This document shows positions 46,038 to 54,439 of a DNA stretch of 64,000 bases, piece after piece. Below the pieces are notes generated by a model, which did no database searches, was not told the origin of the DNA, and was given only the letters and a program-made list of their open reading frames with translations. Within the stretch, counting starts at the first letter, position 1; every line of letters begins with the position of its first letter. Source of the DNA: a bacterium. Its GTDB lineage: Bacteria; Chlamydiota; Chlamydiia; Chlamydiales; Rhabdochlamydiaceae. The stretch spans positions 167,583 to 231,582 of the forward strand of contig JBGAFT010000003.1 in the NCBI GenBank assembly GCA_044227055.1. Direction: 5' to 3'. Position numbers and translations under genes: made by a program.

Positions 46038-46692
46038 TCTTGATGATACGCTTATAGCAACATCTCAATTCATCACGCCTGTCAAATTGCAAATGGCCCT
46101 AGAAAAGATGGTCGAAGAGGGGCTGTATTTGATTGATCCTGCAGAATCACTTGATCTATTAAAACGGCTCGACATTACAGCGCTGAGCTCTAAAGATGCA
46201 CTCGCAGAGTTTCTTGAAATAGTCGATGCTCCGCAAAAGTTTTATGAGATTGGTTATAAAGTAATTTATGATGACTTCCCTCCTGATATTCCGGTTTTTA
46301 CCACAGATGGAGCAATGGAGGTTCTTTATGAGCTTAAGCAATCTCACGAATTAGCAGTTGTAACCGTTGGACAACTCCATCTGCAACAACATAAAATGAA
46401 AAAAGCTGGTCTCGATACCGCTGTTTTTAGTAGAATCATCGTTACACAAGAGAGGGATAAAAAACCCTGTTATGAAAAATTAGTTGAAGAGCTGGTTTTT
46501 TCTCCCTCTGATGTCTTGGTCTGCGGAGACCGCATTTCAATTGATTTGACACCAGCCCGTGATTTAGGATTTAAAACAGTCCAAATTCGCGAAGGGCGTG
46601 GACTTTATGATCGAGGACCACAAAGTGATGTCGATTTCAGCATAGCAAATCTTGCTGGGCTTAAAGAAGTCATCGCAAAACTGCACTTTTAA
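46021..46692 (+). CDS. HAD-superfamily hydrolase
   Basis: TTG start gives MLIIFDLDDTLI (HAD motif I). Later motifs are VVTVG and VCGDRISIDL (motif III/IV type). Confidence 0.75.
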   Translation: MLIIFDLDDTLIATSQFITPVKLQMALEKMVEEGLYLIDPAESLDLLKRLDITALSSKDALAEFLEIVDAPQKFYEIGYKVIYDDFPPDIPVFTTDGAMEVLYELKQSHELAVVTVGQLHLQQHKMKKAGLDTAVFSRIIVTQERDKKPCYEKLVEELVFSPSDVLVCGDRISIDLTPARDLGFKTVQIREGRGLYDRGPQSDVDFSIANLAGLKEVIAKLHF

Positions 46693-46700
46693 GGGAGATT

Positions 46701-47276
46701 ATGGCTACTAAAGAAGCGGTTACAATGAGCAACCAGCTCAGTCCAGGGATGATCGTCTCTGTAGATGGTAAAATCTATCGAGTCGAGTCTAGCGTTAAAG
46801 TCACAGTTTCGAAGGGGACTCCTTTCATCAAGACCAAATTAAAAAACTTGGTCAGCGATGAGGTCGTTGAAAAGAACTTTAAGATCAACTTGCCTATCCA
46901 AGAAGTATCTCTTACTGAACGACGTCTTGAATATTTATATTTAGAAGGCAAAGATTATCTTTTCTTAGATGTTGGCAATCTCGAGCAAGTGCTCGTTCCT
47001 GCCCATGTGATTGGTGACAAGGTAAATTACCTCAAAGAAGGTATTGAGCTTAAAGCGATGTTTTACGCCGATTCTATTTTTTCTGTCGAACTTCCGCAAT
47101 TCTTAGAACTAATGGTGGTAAAAACTGAGACAAGCGATGCTGCATCTCATGTTGCGAATGCGACGAAAATTGCAATTTTAGAAACAGGCGCCAAGATCGA
47201 AGTACCTTTATTTGTTGAGTCTGGCGATATCATTAAAGTGGATTCTGGCACTAACGAATATATTCAACGAGTTTAA
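46701..47276 (+). CDS. efp: elongation factor P
   Basis: 191 aa with GGGAGA RBS and the ...LSPGMIVSVDGKIYRVES... OB-fold layout. It sits immediately upstream of accB-accC, as in many bacteria. Confidence 0.9.
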   Translation: MATKEAVTMSNQLSPGMIVSVDGKIYRVESSVKVTVSKGTPFIKTKLKNLVSDEVVEKNFKINLPIQEVSLTERRLEYLYLEGKDYLFLDVGNLEQVLVPAHVIGDKVNYLKEGIELKAMFYADSIFSVELPQFLELMVVKTETSDAASHVANATKIAILETGAKIEVPLFVESGDIIKVDSGTNEYIQRV

Positions 47277-47296
47277 TTTTCTGGAGGAAATTTTTT

Positions 47297-47803
47297 GTGG
47301 AATTAAAGCAGATTAAAGATCTTATGACGGCCATGGTGCGTTCAGGGATCAAAAAACTCAGCTTAAAAGAAACTTCGGGCTTTGAAATTCAGCTAGAGAC
47401 GCACGACGATCACCCTTCCCCTCCACCAGCTACCAGCGTAACGCATTCGCCTTATGCCCACCCACATCATTTTCCATCTCGTGAAGTCGATCACCATCGG
47501 TTTATTCCTTCTCCAGCTCACCCTAACCCAATTCATTCCGAAGAGAGTAAAAGCAAAGGAAAAGAAGAGGGGAAGTTTATCGTTTCTCCTATGGTTGGGA
47601 CTTTTTACGGTAGCCCATCACCTGATGATCCCCAGTATCTTAAAGTAGGCGATAAAGTTGATGAAAATACAATTGTTTGCATCATTGAAGCTATGAAGGT
47701 TATGAATGAGGTAAAAGCTGGGATGAGCGGTACTGTGGCTGAAATCCTAGTTGATAATGCTCATCCAGTGGAATTCGGCACAAAAATGTTCAGGATTGTG
47801 TAA
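47297..47803 (+). CDS. accB: biotin carboxyl carrier protein of acetyl-CoA carboxylase
   Basis: GTG start after GGAGGA. Biotinyl-lysine motif CIIEAMKVMNEV. The linker is His/Pro-rich. Confidence 0.9.
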   Translation: MELKQIKDLMTAMVRSGIKKLSLKETSGFEIQLETHDDHPSPPPATSVTHSPYAHPHHFPSREVDHHRFIPSPAHPNPIHSEESKSKGKEEGKFIVSPMVGTFYGSPSPDDPQYLKVGDKVDENTIVCIIEAMKVMNEVKAGMSGTVAEILVDNAHPVEFGTKMFRIV

Positions 47804-47809
47804 CAAACT

Positions 47810-49174
47810 ATGAAAAAGGTTTTAATCGCAAACCGCGGCGAAATAGCGGTTCGCATTATCCGTGCTTGCCATGACCTAGGATTGCAGACTGTTGCCGTTT
47901 ATTCTCAAGCGGATGCAGAAGCCTTGCATGTGTTGTATGCCGATGAAGCGATTTGTATTGGAGAAGCGCCTTCACAAAAATCCTACCTTAAAATTTCAAA
48001 CATACTGTCAGCTTGTGAAGTCACTGGAGCAGATGCTGTCCACCCCGGATTCGGGTTTTTGAGTGAAAATGCCAATTTTGCATCCATTTGCGAAAGCTGT
48101 GGTGTGAATTTTATTGGCCCCTCCCATCATGCAATAGCTTTGCTTGGTGATAAAGCTAAAGCTAAAGCCACTGCGCGCAGCGTAAAATGTCCTGTCATAC
48201 CAGGGTCTGAAGGAATTGTCGAGGATGTTCAAGTAGGACTTAAAGAAGCCAAAAAACTGGGTTTTCCTATTTTTATCAAAGCGGTGGCAGGTGGTGGAGG
48301 AAAAGGGATCCGTATCGCGCATGATCAGGATGAGTTTGTCAGACAGTTTGCAGCAGCCCGAACTGAAGCAGAGGCTAGCTTTAACAATCCTGACGTGTAT
48401 TTAGAAAAGATGATTGTCAACCCAAGGCATATTGAGATTCAAGTCATTGGAGACAAGCATGGGAACTATGTCTATCTAGGAGAGAGGGATTGTACAATCC
48501 AAAGACGCAGACAAAAGCTCATTGAAGAGGCTCCATCGCCCATGTTGTCGCCGGCTTTAAGAAAAAAAATCTGTGAGGCAGCAATTGAGATCGTTAAAGC
48601 TGCAAAATATTATTCTGTTGGAACTGTGGAATTTTTGCTCGATGAGAACCTGAATTTTTACTTCATGGAAGTCAACACCCGCATTCAGGTGGAACATACC
48701 GTTACAGAAGAGCTGACTGGAGTAGACCTTGTTCGAGAGCAAATTAAAATTGCTATGGGTGAGAAACTCAGTTTTAAACAGAAAGACGTCAATTTTTCGG
48801 GACACATCATTCAGTTGCGTATCAATGCCGAAAATCCAGCGCAAAACTTTGCTCCTTCTCCAGGCCTTTTGGAATACTTCATTGCACCTGGAGGCCCTCA
48901 TGTGAGAGTCGATAGCGCGTGCTATTCTGGATACCGTATCCCTCCTAATTACGATTCTATGATTGCAAAATTAATAGTGAAAGGGAAGGACCGTGCCGAG
49001 GCTATCGCTGTAGCGCAACGCGCGCTGAGAGAATTTCACATTGGCGGTGTTCATTCCACAATTCCATTCCATATCTACATGCTTCAAGATGAACGATTCT
49101 TGACTAATGCTTATGCTATCACGTACGTTGATGGTCTGATTGCGGATGGGTGCACATTTGGCGAACAAAGATAA
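47810..49174 (+). CDS. accC: biotin carboxylase subunit of acetyl-CoA carboxylase
   Basis: 454 aa with MKKVLIANRGEIAVRIIRAC, GGGGKGIR, the ATP-grasp region and EVNTRIQVEHTVTE. Confidence 0.97.
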   Translation: MKKVLIANRGEIAVRIIRACHDLGLQTVAVYSQADAEALHVLYADEAICIGEAPSQKSYLKISNILSACEVTGADAVHPGFGFLSENANFASICESCGVNFIGPSHHAIALLGDKAKAKATARSVKCPVIPGSEGIVEDVQVGLKEAKKLGFPIFIKAVAGGGGKGIRIAHDQDEFVRQFAAARTEAEASFNNPDVYLEKMIVNPRHIEIQVIGDKHGNYVYLGERDCTIQRRRQKLIEEAPSPMLSPALRKKICEAAIEIVKAAKYYSVGTVEFLLDENLNFYFMEVNTRIQVEHTVTEELTGVDLVREQIKIAMGEKLSFKQKDVNFSGHIIQLRINAENPAQNFAPSPGLLEYFIAPGGPHVRVDSACYSGYRIPPNYDSMIAKLIVKGKDRAEAIAVAQRALREFHIGGVHSTIPFHIYMLQDERFLTNAYAITYVDGLIADGCTFGEQR

Positions 49175-49694
49175 TTCACATCACATTGAGCTATTAATTT
49201 CTCAAGATTCAATAGCTAGACGTATCGCTGATACTTGTGCTGAGCTCGATAGACTTTACAAGCAAGAAGAGCTCGTTATTGTCATGATCATGAAAGGGTC
49301 ATTATGTTTAGTTGCTGATATGATCCGTTGTTTGCAGGTTCCTACGCACATTGAATTTGTCCAAGCTAAAAGCTATGGCTCAAAGGGGACGGAGCGAGGG
49401 ATGTTGACAATTCAAGGGATTGAGTCACTTAATCTGAAAGGGCGCAATGTCTTGGTGGTTGATGATATCTTCGATTCCGGGACGACCATGGATGCTGTTC
49501 TCAACCATATACAAGCACAAAACCCAAAAAGCCTTCGCAGTCTTGTTTTATTATCAAAAAAAATGTCTCGCAGTACCAAAAAAAAACCAGACTTTGTACT
49601 CTTTGAAATTGAAAACCATTTTGTCGTTGGTTTTGGCATGGACTATAAAGAGTTTTATCGCGGTCTTCCAGGTATCTATATTTTTAAAGGGTAA
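49146..49694 (+). CDS. hpt: hypoxanthine(-guanine) phosphoribosyltransferase
   Basis: PRPP motif NVLVVDDIFDSGTTM and the C-terminal FVVGFGMDYKEFYRGLP. The start is uncertain (ATG 49146 or TTG 49140) and overlaps the accC end. Confidence 0.85.
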   Translation: MGAHLANKDNSHHIELLISQDSIARRIADTCAELDRLYKQEELVIVMIMKGSLCLVADMIRCLQVPTHIEFVQAKSYGSKGTERGMLTIQGIESLNLKGRNVLVVDDIFDSGTTMDAVLNHIQAQNPKSLRSLVLLSKKMSRSTKKKPDFVLFEIENHFVVGFGMDYKEFYRGLPGIYIFKG

Positions 49695-49700
49695 GAGCAA

Positions 49701-50588
49701 GTGAAAGGGATCATTCTCGCAGGTGGCAAGGGTACTCGCTTATATCCTGCAACGCGTGTCTTGTGTAAGCAACTACTCCCTGTATATGACAAACCGATGA
49801 TATATTACCCCCTTTCTGTCCTGATGCAGTGTGGGATTCGAGAGATTTTGATCATCTCAACTCCTGCAGACCTCCCACGATTTCAACAGCTTCTCGGTGA
49901 TGGTGTCCATTTAGGAATGGAATTTTCTTATGCCCTTCAAGAACATCCTGGTGGGATCGCTGAGGCATTTTTAATTGCCGAAAGTTTTATTCAGGGAGAT
50001 TCCATTGCGCTTGTTCTAGGTGATAATATTTTCTATGGGCACCAACTCCCTTCAATGCTCAAACAATCGCGTAAAATAGAAAGCGGGGCAGTTATTTTTG
50101 GGTACGAGGTCAAAGATCCCGAACGTTATGGTGTAGTTTCTTTTAATCCCGATGGATCAATTGCAGGACTCATTGAAAAACCCATTAATCCTCCCTCTCG
50201 ATATGCAGTAACAGGGCTATATTTCTATGATGAGCAAGTCGTAAACCTTACAAAAACCTTAAGACCTTCAAAGAGAGGGGAGCTTGAGATTACAGATCTC
50301 AATTCGCTTTATCTCGAAAAAGGGCAGTTGTCTCTTAAGAAGTTTGAACGAGGGTTTGCATGGCTCGATACTGGTACCCACGATGCTCTTCTCGATGCTT
50401 CTAAATTCGTTCAAACAATTCAAGAAAGACAGGGGATTAAGATCGCTTGTATCGAAGAAATTGCTTATTCCGAAGGCTTTATCAACATCGATCAATTCCA
50501 GCGTTTAGCCCAGGAACAAGGTCAAAGCGAGTATGGCCATTATTTAATGAGTTTAGTCAATTCTTTATTAGTTTCTTCAGAAATTTAA
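49701..50588 (+). CDS. rfbA: glucose-1-phosphate thymidylyltransferase
   Basis: GTG start. MKGIILAGGKGTRLYPATRVLCKQLLPVYDKPMIYYPLSVLM, plus YGVVSF, ELEITD and AWLDTGTHD. Confidence 0.93.
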   Translation: MKGIILAGGKGTRLYPATRVLCKQLLPVYDKPMIYYPLSVLMQCGIREILIISTPADLPRFQQLLGDGVHLGMEFSYALQEHPGGIAEAFLIAESFIQGDSIALVLGDNIFYGHQLPSMLKQSRKIESGAVIFGYEVKDPERYGVVSFNPDGSIAGLIEKPINPPSRYAVTGLYFYDEQVVNLTKTLRPSKRGELEITDLNSLYLEKGQLSLKKFERGFAWLDTGTHDALLDASKFVQTIQERQGIKIACIEEIAYSEGFINIDQFQRLAQEQGQSEYGHYLMSLVNSLLVSSEI

Positions 50589-50670
50589 AATCTTCTACAT
50601 TGATATATTAAGCCATTTTCCATATAATTCTATTATATAAATAATTAATTAATAATTTAAGGTAATATAT

Positions 50671-52518
50671 ATGGCTATTAATGCCTGTAATAATGTTTTA
50701 AATTCAAGTCTTACACAAGCTAAATTATTACATCTTAATGAATTAGAGATAAAAGATATTTCTAGTTCTTTAGAAAAATTTCTTGTCGCAGAGCCTGCTA
50801 AAATAAACCGTGAAGGGCTCCCTAAATCGCTTTACGAATTCTTAAGAGGTGCATATCAAAAAATCGCTAAAGATGGAAATAAGTGGCAACGTGACATAGC
50901 AGAGCAGCTTTTAGCCCTTCTTCCAAAAATAAATGGATTGCAGTTTTGGAAGTCAAATACATCAGATATAAGAAGAATAAGTGATTTTTGTGTTAGTAGT
51001 TTTATGAATTTAGGGTCTGATGGATCAATATTTAATATTCTAGGGGTGGAGGGTTTCGAAATTTTAGCTCAGATTCATCAGAAATTGCTGAGCTGTTTTG
51101 CAGAGAAGACAGTTAAGGATTTACAGATCGATGATCAACGATTTGTCATAGTTCCAAGCATGGATACTTCAATTAGCTTATCACCCGATGAACAAGTATT
51201 GATGGCATTTTTCAAGCGAAAAGATGTTTGGTTTGTATCGCGGTTTGTAAATGCGCAAGGAAAAGATATTGATCCAATTGCTATGACGCAAGTTTTACCG
51301 CATTTTCTCAGTGACAGTACTGCAATTCCCAGAAAATTTGTTCCGCTTTTGGGGCAAAATATGTGTGTGGAAAAAGACTTGTCTCCAGTAAGTGAGAAGC
51401 GAATCTTTGCTGATATATATTTTGATCCATCAGATCCAAGATTTGTAGATGTTTTAAAGAGTACAAAAAAATTCAATGAGCTACCGTTAAAAGATTTTCC
51501 CCCATTAGTAATAACCATTCGTTTCTACACTGGACTTCCAGAATACGATACCCTGAAACCAAACTGTATTAGTTTCAAAGCAAAATACAGTTTAGAGAAC
51601 AATCAAATGCTAGAAGAAATTTCCCTTGTTTCTCCAAATAAATCTATTCTTGACCAAGTGAAACTAAAAATTGACGAAATTGAAAATCTACAACAAGAAG
51701 CATTTTATTTCATAGAAGATTTCATTAAGGAGTGGAGCAATGATATTATTAATAAAAATATGGATCGTATCACGCATACCATATGCTTCCCAAAAAATAA
51801 AATTGAAAAAACAAAATCATTCTTAGCAGTATTATTAGACTTATCAAAAAAACCAGAACAAAACAGAGAGCTAATCGAGTTTCTTTATGAGGACTTAGAT
51901 CCAACGTTGACTTTAGAAGAATTCGAGAAAATTGCGTCCGGAGAAGAATTGCGCGAATTGAGTGAAGGTGAACTTGAATTAACTCCCAAGTTAATGAGTC
52001 AAATTCTTATTAATGATGCATTAAAAGATTGTAAAGCAGCAACGATTGCTCCTTCTGAAAGTAACAACAATGTGAGCTCTAGCAGTGCTGTGCCGTCAAT
52101 AAAAGATGAAGTTATGCACAAAGACAAAATTGCTCAAGTTCAAGCATTTGCTAAGTACGCAAAAAAAGAAAAGAAATCTAGCAAAAAGGAAAAGAAGCTT
52201 CCTGTTAAAGAAGTTAGCTCAACAACTGCCCCAACAAAACAATTTAAAATGACTTCAGATGAGAAAGAAAAAGTGAAATCTGTGATGCAGGGAAATCCTA
52301 TGCGTTCAAAGGATTTCAATAAATTCTACGCTAAGCTGTTGAAGAGAAAAATGGAAGAGAGCAAGCAAACGGTAAAGAAAGGAAGTCACATAAAATTGCA
52401 TCTTGAAAAGACAGATGGAAGTTCAACAGGTTTCACTTTGGTGCGAAAGCATGGTAAGAAAGACAACGTGGGCTTTATCGGATCTCAAAAGCGTTCTCTA
52501 AAAGACCTTTTTGATTGA
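50671..52518 (+). CDS. paralogue 1 of 3: large unknown protein with C-terminal HicA-like (YcfA) domain
   Basis: 615 aa. The C-terminus (nt 52300-52515) reads MRSKDFNKFYAKLLKRKMEESKQTVKKGSHIKLHLEKTDGSSTGFTLVRKHGKKDNVGFIGSQKRSLKDLFD. It is collinear with the next two ORFs. Confidence 0.85.
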   Translation: MAINACNNVLNSSLTQAKLLHLNELEIKDISSSLEKFLVAEPAKINREGLPKSLYEFLRGAYQKIAKDGNKWQRDIAEQLLALLPKINGLQFWKSNTSDIRRISDFCVSSFMNLGSDGSIFNILGVEGFEILAQIHQKLLSCFAEKTVKDLQIDDQRFVIVPSMDTSISLSPDEQVLMAFFKRKDVWFVSRFVNAQGKDIDPIAMTQVLPHFLSDSTAIPRKFVPLLGQNMCVEKDLSPVSEKRIFADIYFDPSDPRFVDVLKSTKKFNELPLKDFPPLVITIRFYTGLPEYDTLKPNCISFKAKYSLENNQMLEEISLVSPNKSILDQVKLKIDEIENLQQEAFYFIEDFIKEWSNDIINKNMDRITHTICFPKNKIEKTKSFLAVLLDLSKKPEQNRELIEFLYEDLDPTLTLEEFEKIASGEELRELSEGELELTPKLMSQILINDALKDCKAATIAPSESNNNVSSSSAVPSIKDEVMHKDKIAQVQAFAKYAKKEKKSSKKEKKLPVKEVSSTTAPTKQFKMTSDEKEKVKSVMQGNPMRSKDFNKFYAKLLKRKMEESKQTVKKGSHIKLHLEKTDGSSTGFTLVRKHGKKDNVGFIGSQKRSLKDLFD

Positions 52519-52577
52519 TTATTTGCTACTAGATTTGATGAATTATATTTAAACGAATTAATATTTAATAGGATTTT

Positions 52578-54389
52578 ATGAGCATAATAATAAGAAATGA
52601 TTTAGTTAATTTCAATGTAATGCATTTAGCAAATGATTTAGATAGCAAAGATCTAAATGAGTTTCTCGATATGAAAGAAGAGCTAATAATGAAATCTGGT
52701 CTTCCACCTAAAATTAATAAATTTCTCGAGAGCACGTATCAAATCATTGGCAAAAATGGACCAGAGGTGCCTAGTAGTTTAGCTAAGATAATGTTGGATG
52801 AGCTTTCTAATTTTAACGACAGTCTTTTTTGGACTTCATCCGAACCGCATATTGAAGAAACTTGCCATTTTTTCATTGGAAGCTTTCTAAGCTTAGGGGG
52901 AGAATCTGTAATTCCTATCCTTCAACCATTTAATTTTGAGTGTCTCTGTCAAATTCATCAAAAAATACTCACTTGTATTGCCAATAAGATAACAAGAGAT
53001 CTTGGTATCCAGGATCATAAATTCGTGATCGTCCCTGGTAAAGATTCTATATCAACGGGCCACGCATTTTTTAAACGCCATGAAACTTGGTTTGTAGAGC
53101 CTTTTTCGTATTCTCAAGGAAAAGCAATTGAACCAATTAATATGACCCAACTATTACTTAAGCCATTAGTTGACCATACCAATGGGTTTCAGAAAAAATT
53201 TATTCCGTTGTTAGGTCAGACCATGTTTGTTGAAAATGACTTGTCATTAGTAACAGAAAAAAGTGTCTTAATTGATTTGACAATTAACCCCTGGGACCCA
53301 AAATCCAAGAAATTCACCCCCCAAGCCAATGATACTAGTCCTTTATCAAATGCAGATCTTCCTTCCTTAATTGTGACAATCACGTATTTTATTGGACTCC
53401 CAGAATATGATACATTAAAACCTAATTGCATAACTTTTGAGATGATCATTGATTCTAGGACTTATGAACCGATTCTTAAATTACGCGTAGCTTCACCCAA
53501 TATGCATCTTGTTTCCATGTTAGGAATTGAATCAGAAGTAATTGGTAGCCTTGAAATGAAAGCTGCAGAGCTTGTTGAAGATTTTAAGCAAGAATGGGTC
53601 CAACAGTTCTTTTCTCCTGAGAATAGGGATCAATATTTTATTTCCTACCCAAAAACTGATCTGGAGAAGAAAAAGGCATTAGTGGAGATTTTGCTAGGAT
53701 TGTCTGTGGAAACTGAAAAAAACGCAGATCTCATCGAATACCTCTTTCTTGAATTAGAGCCTACTTTAACTATCGAAGAATTTAAGGACAGCGCAACTTC
53801 TGAAGAAATTGCCAAACTTGAAAAGGATGAACTTGAGCCAAGTCCACAGCTAATGAGCAAAGTCCTAGTCAAAGATGCTATGAATGAATACAAGGCAGCA
53901 AAGCAGGTTGCCCCTCCAGAAAGTAATAATAATGTGATCGCTAGTACTCCTGTTCCTACAATAAAAGATGAAGTTTTACAAAAAGACAAAATTACTCAGG
54001 CCAAATTTTTATCCAAGGTAGAGAAAAAGGAGAAAAAGTTTAGCAAAAAAGAAAAGAAGCATCCAGCTACAAAGACTGTCCTCCCTCCTACAACTGCTCC
54101 AGCAAAACAATTTAAATTGGATCCAGAAGAAAAAGAAAAAGTAAAGTCGGTAATGCAAGGAAATCCGATGCGTTCAAAGGATTTCAATAAATTTTTCACC
54201 AAGCTCTTGAAAAGGAAAATGGGAGAGGACAAACAAACGGTAAAGAAAGGAAGCCACATTAAATTGCATATTGAAAAAACAGATGGTGGTTCAACGGGGC
54301 ATACATTAGTGCGCATACATGGAAAAAAAGACACCGTGGGCTTCATCGGGTCGCAGAAACGATCTTTGAAAGATCTATTTGGCAGTTAA
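52578..54389 (+). CDS. paralogue 2 of 3: large unknown protein with C-terminal HicA-like (YcfA) domain
   Basis: 603 aa. The C-terminus (nt 54168-54386) reads MRSKDFNKFFTKLLKRKMGEDKQTVKKGSHIKLHIEKTDGGSTGHTLVRIHGKKDTVGFIGSQKRSLKDLFGS. Confidence 0.85.
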   Translation: MSIIIRNDLVNFNVMHLANDLDSKDLNEFLDMKEELIMKSGLPPKINKFLESTYQIIGKNGPEVPSSLAKIMLDELSNFNDSLFWTSSEPHIEETCHFFIGSFLSLGGESVIPILQPFNFECLCQIHQKILTCIANKITRDLGIQDHKFVIVPGKDSISTGHAFFKRHETWFVEPFSYSQGKAIEPINMTQLLLKPLVDHTNGFQKKFIPLLGQTMFVENDLSLVTEKSVLIDLTINPWDPKSKKFTPQANDTSPLSNADLPSLIVTITYFIGLPEYDTLKPNCITFEMIIDSRTYEPILKLRVASPNMHLVSMLGIESEVIGSLEMKAAELVEDFKQEWVQQFFSPENRDQYFISYPKTDLEKKKALVEILLGLSVETEKNADLIEYLFLELEPTLTIEEFKDSATSEEIAKLEKDELEPSPQLMSKVLVKDAMNEYKAAKQVAPPESNNNVIASTPVPTIKDEVLQKDKITQAKFLSKVEKKEKKFSKKEKKHPATKTVLPPTTAPAKQFKLDPEEKEKVKSVMQGNPMRSKDFNKFFTKLLKRKMGEDKQTVKKGSHIKLHIEKTDGGSTGHTLVRIHGKKDTVGFIGSQKRSLKDLFGS

Positions 54390-54439
54390 TGTAATTAGTT
54401 TGTTCGATAATTTATTGTAAATTTAAAATTAGGTGTATA

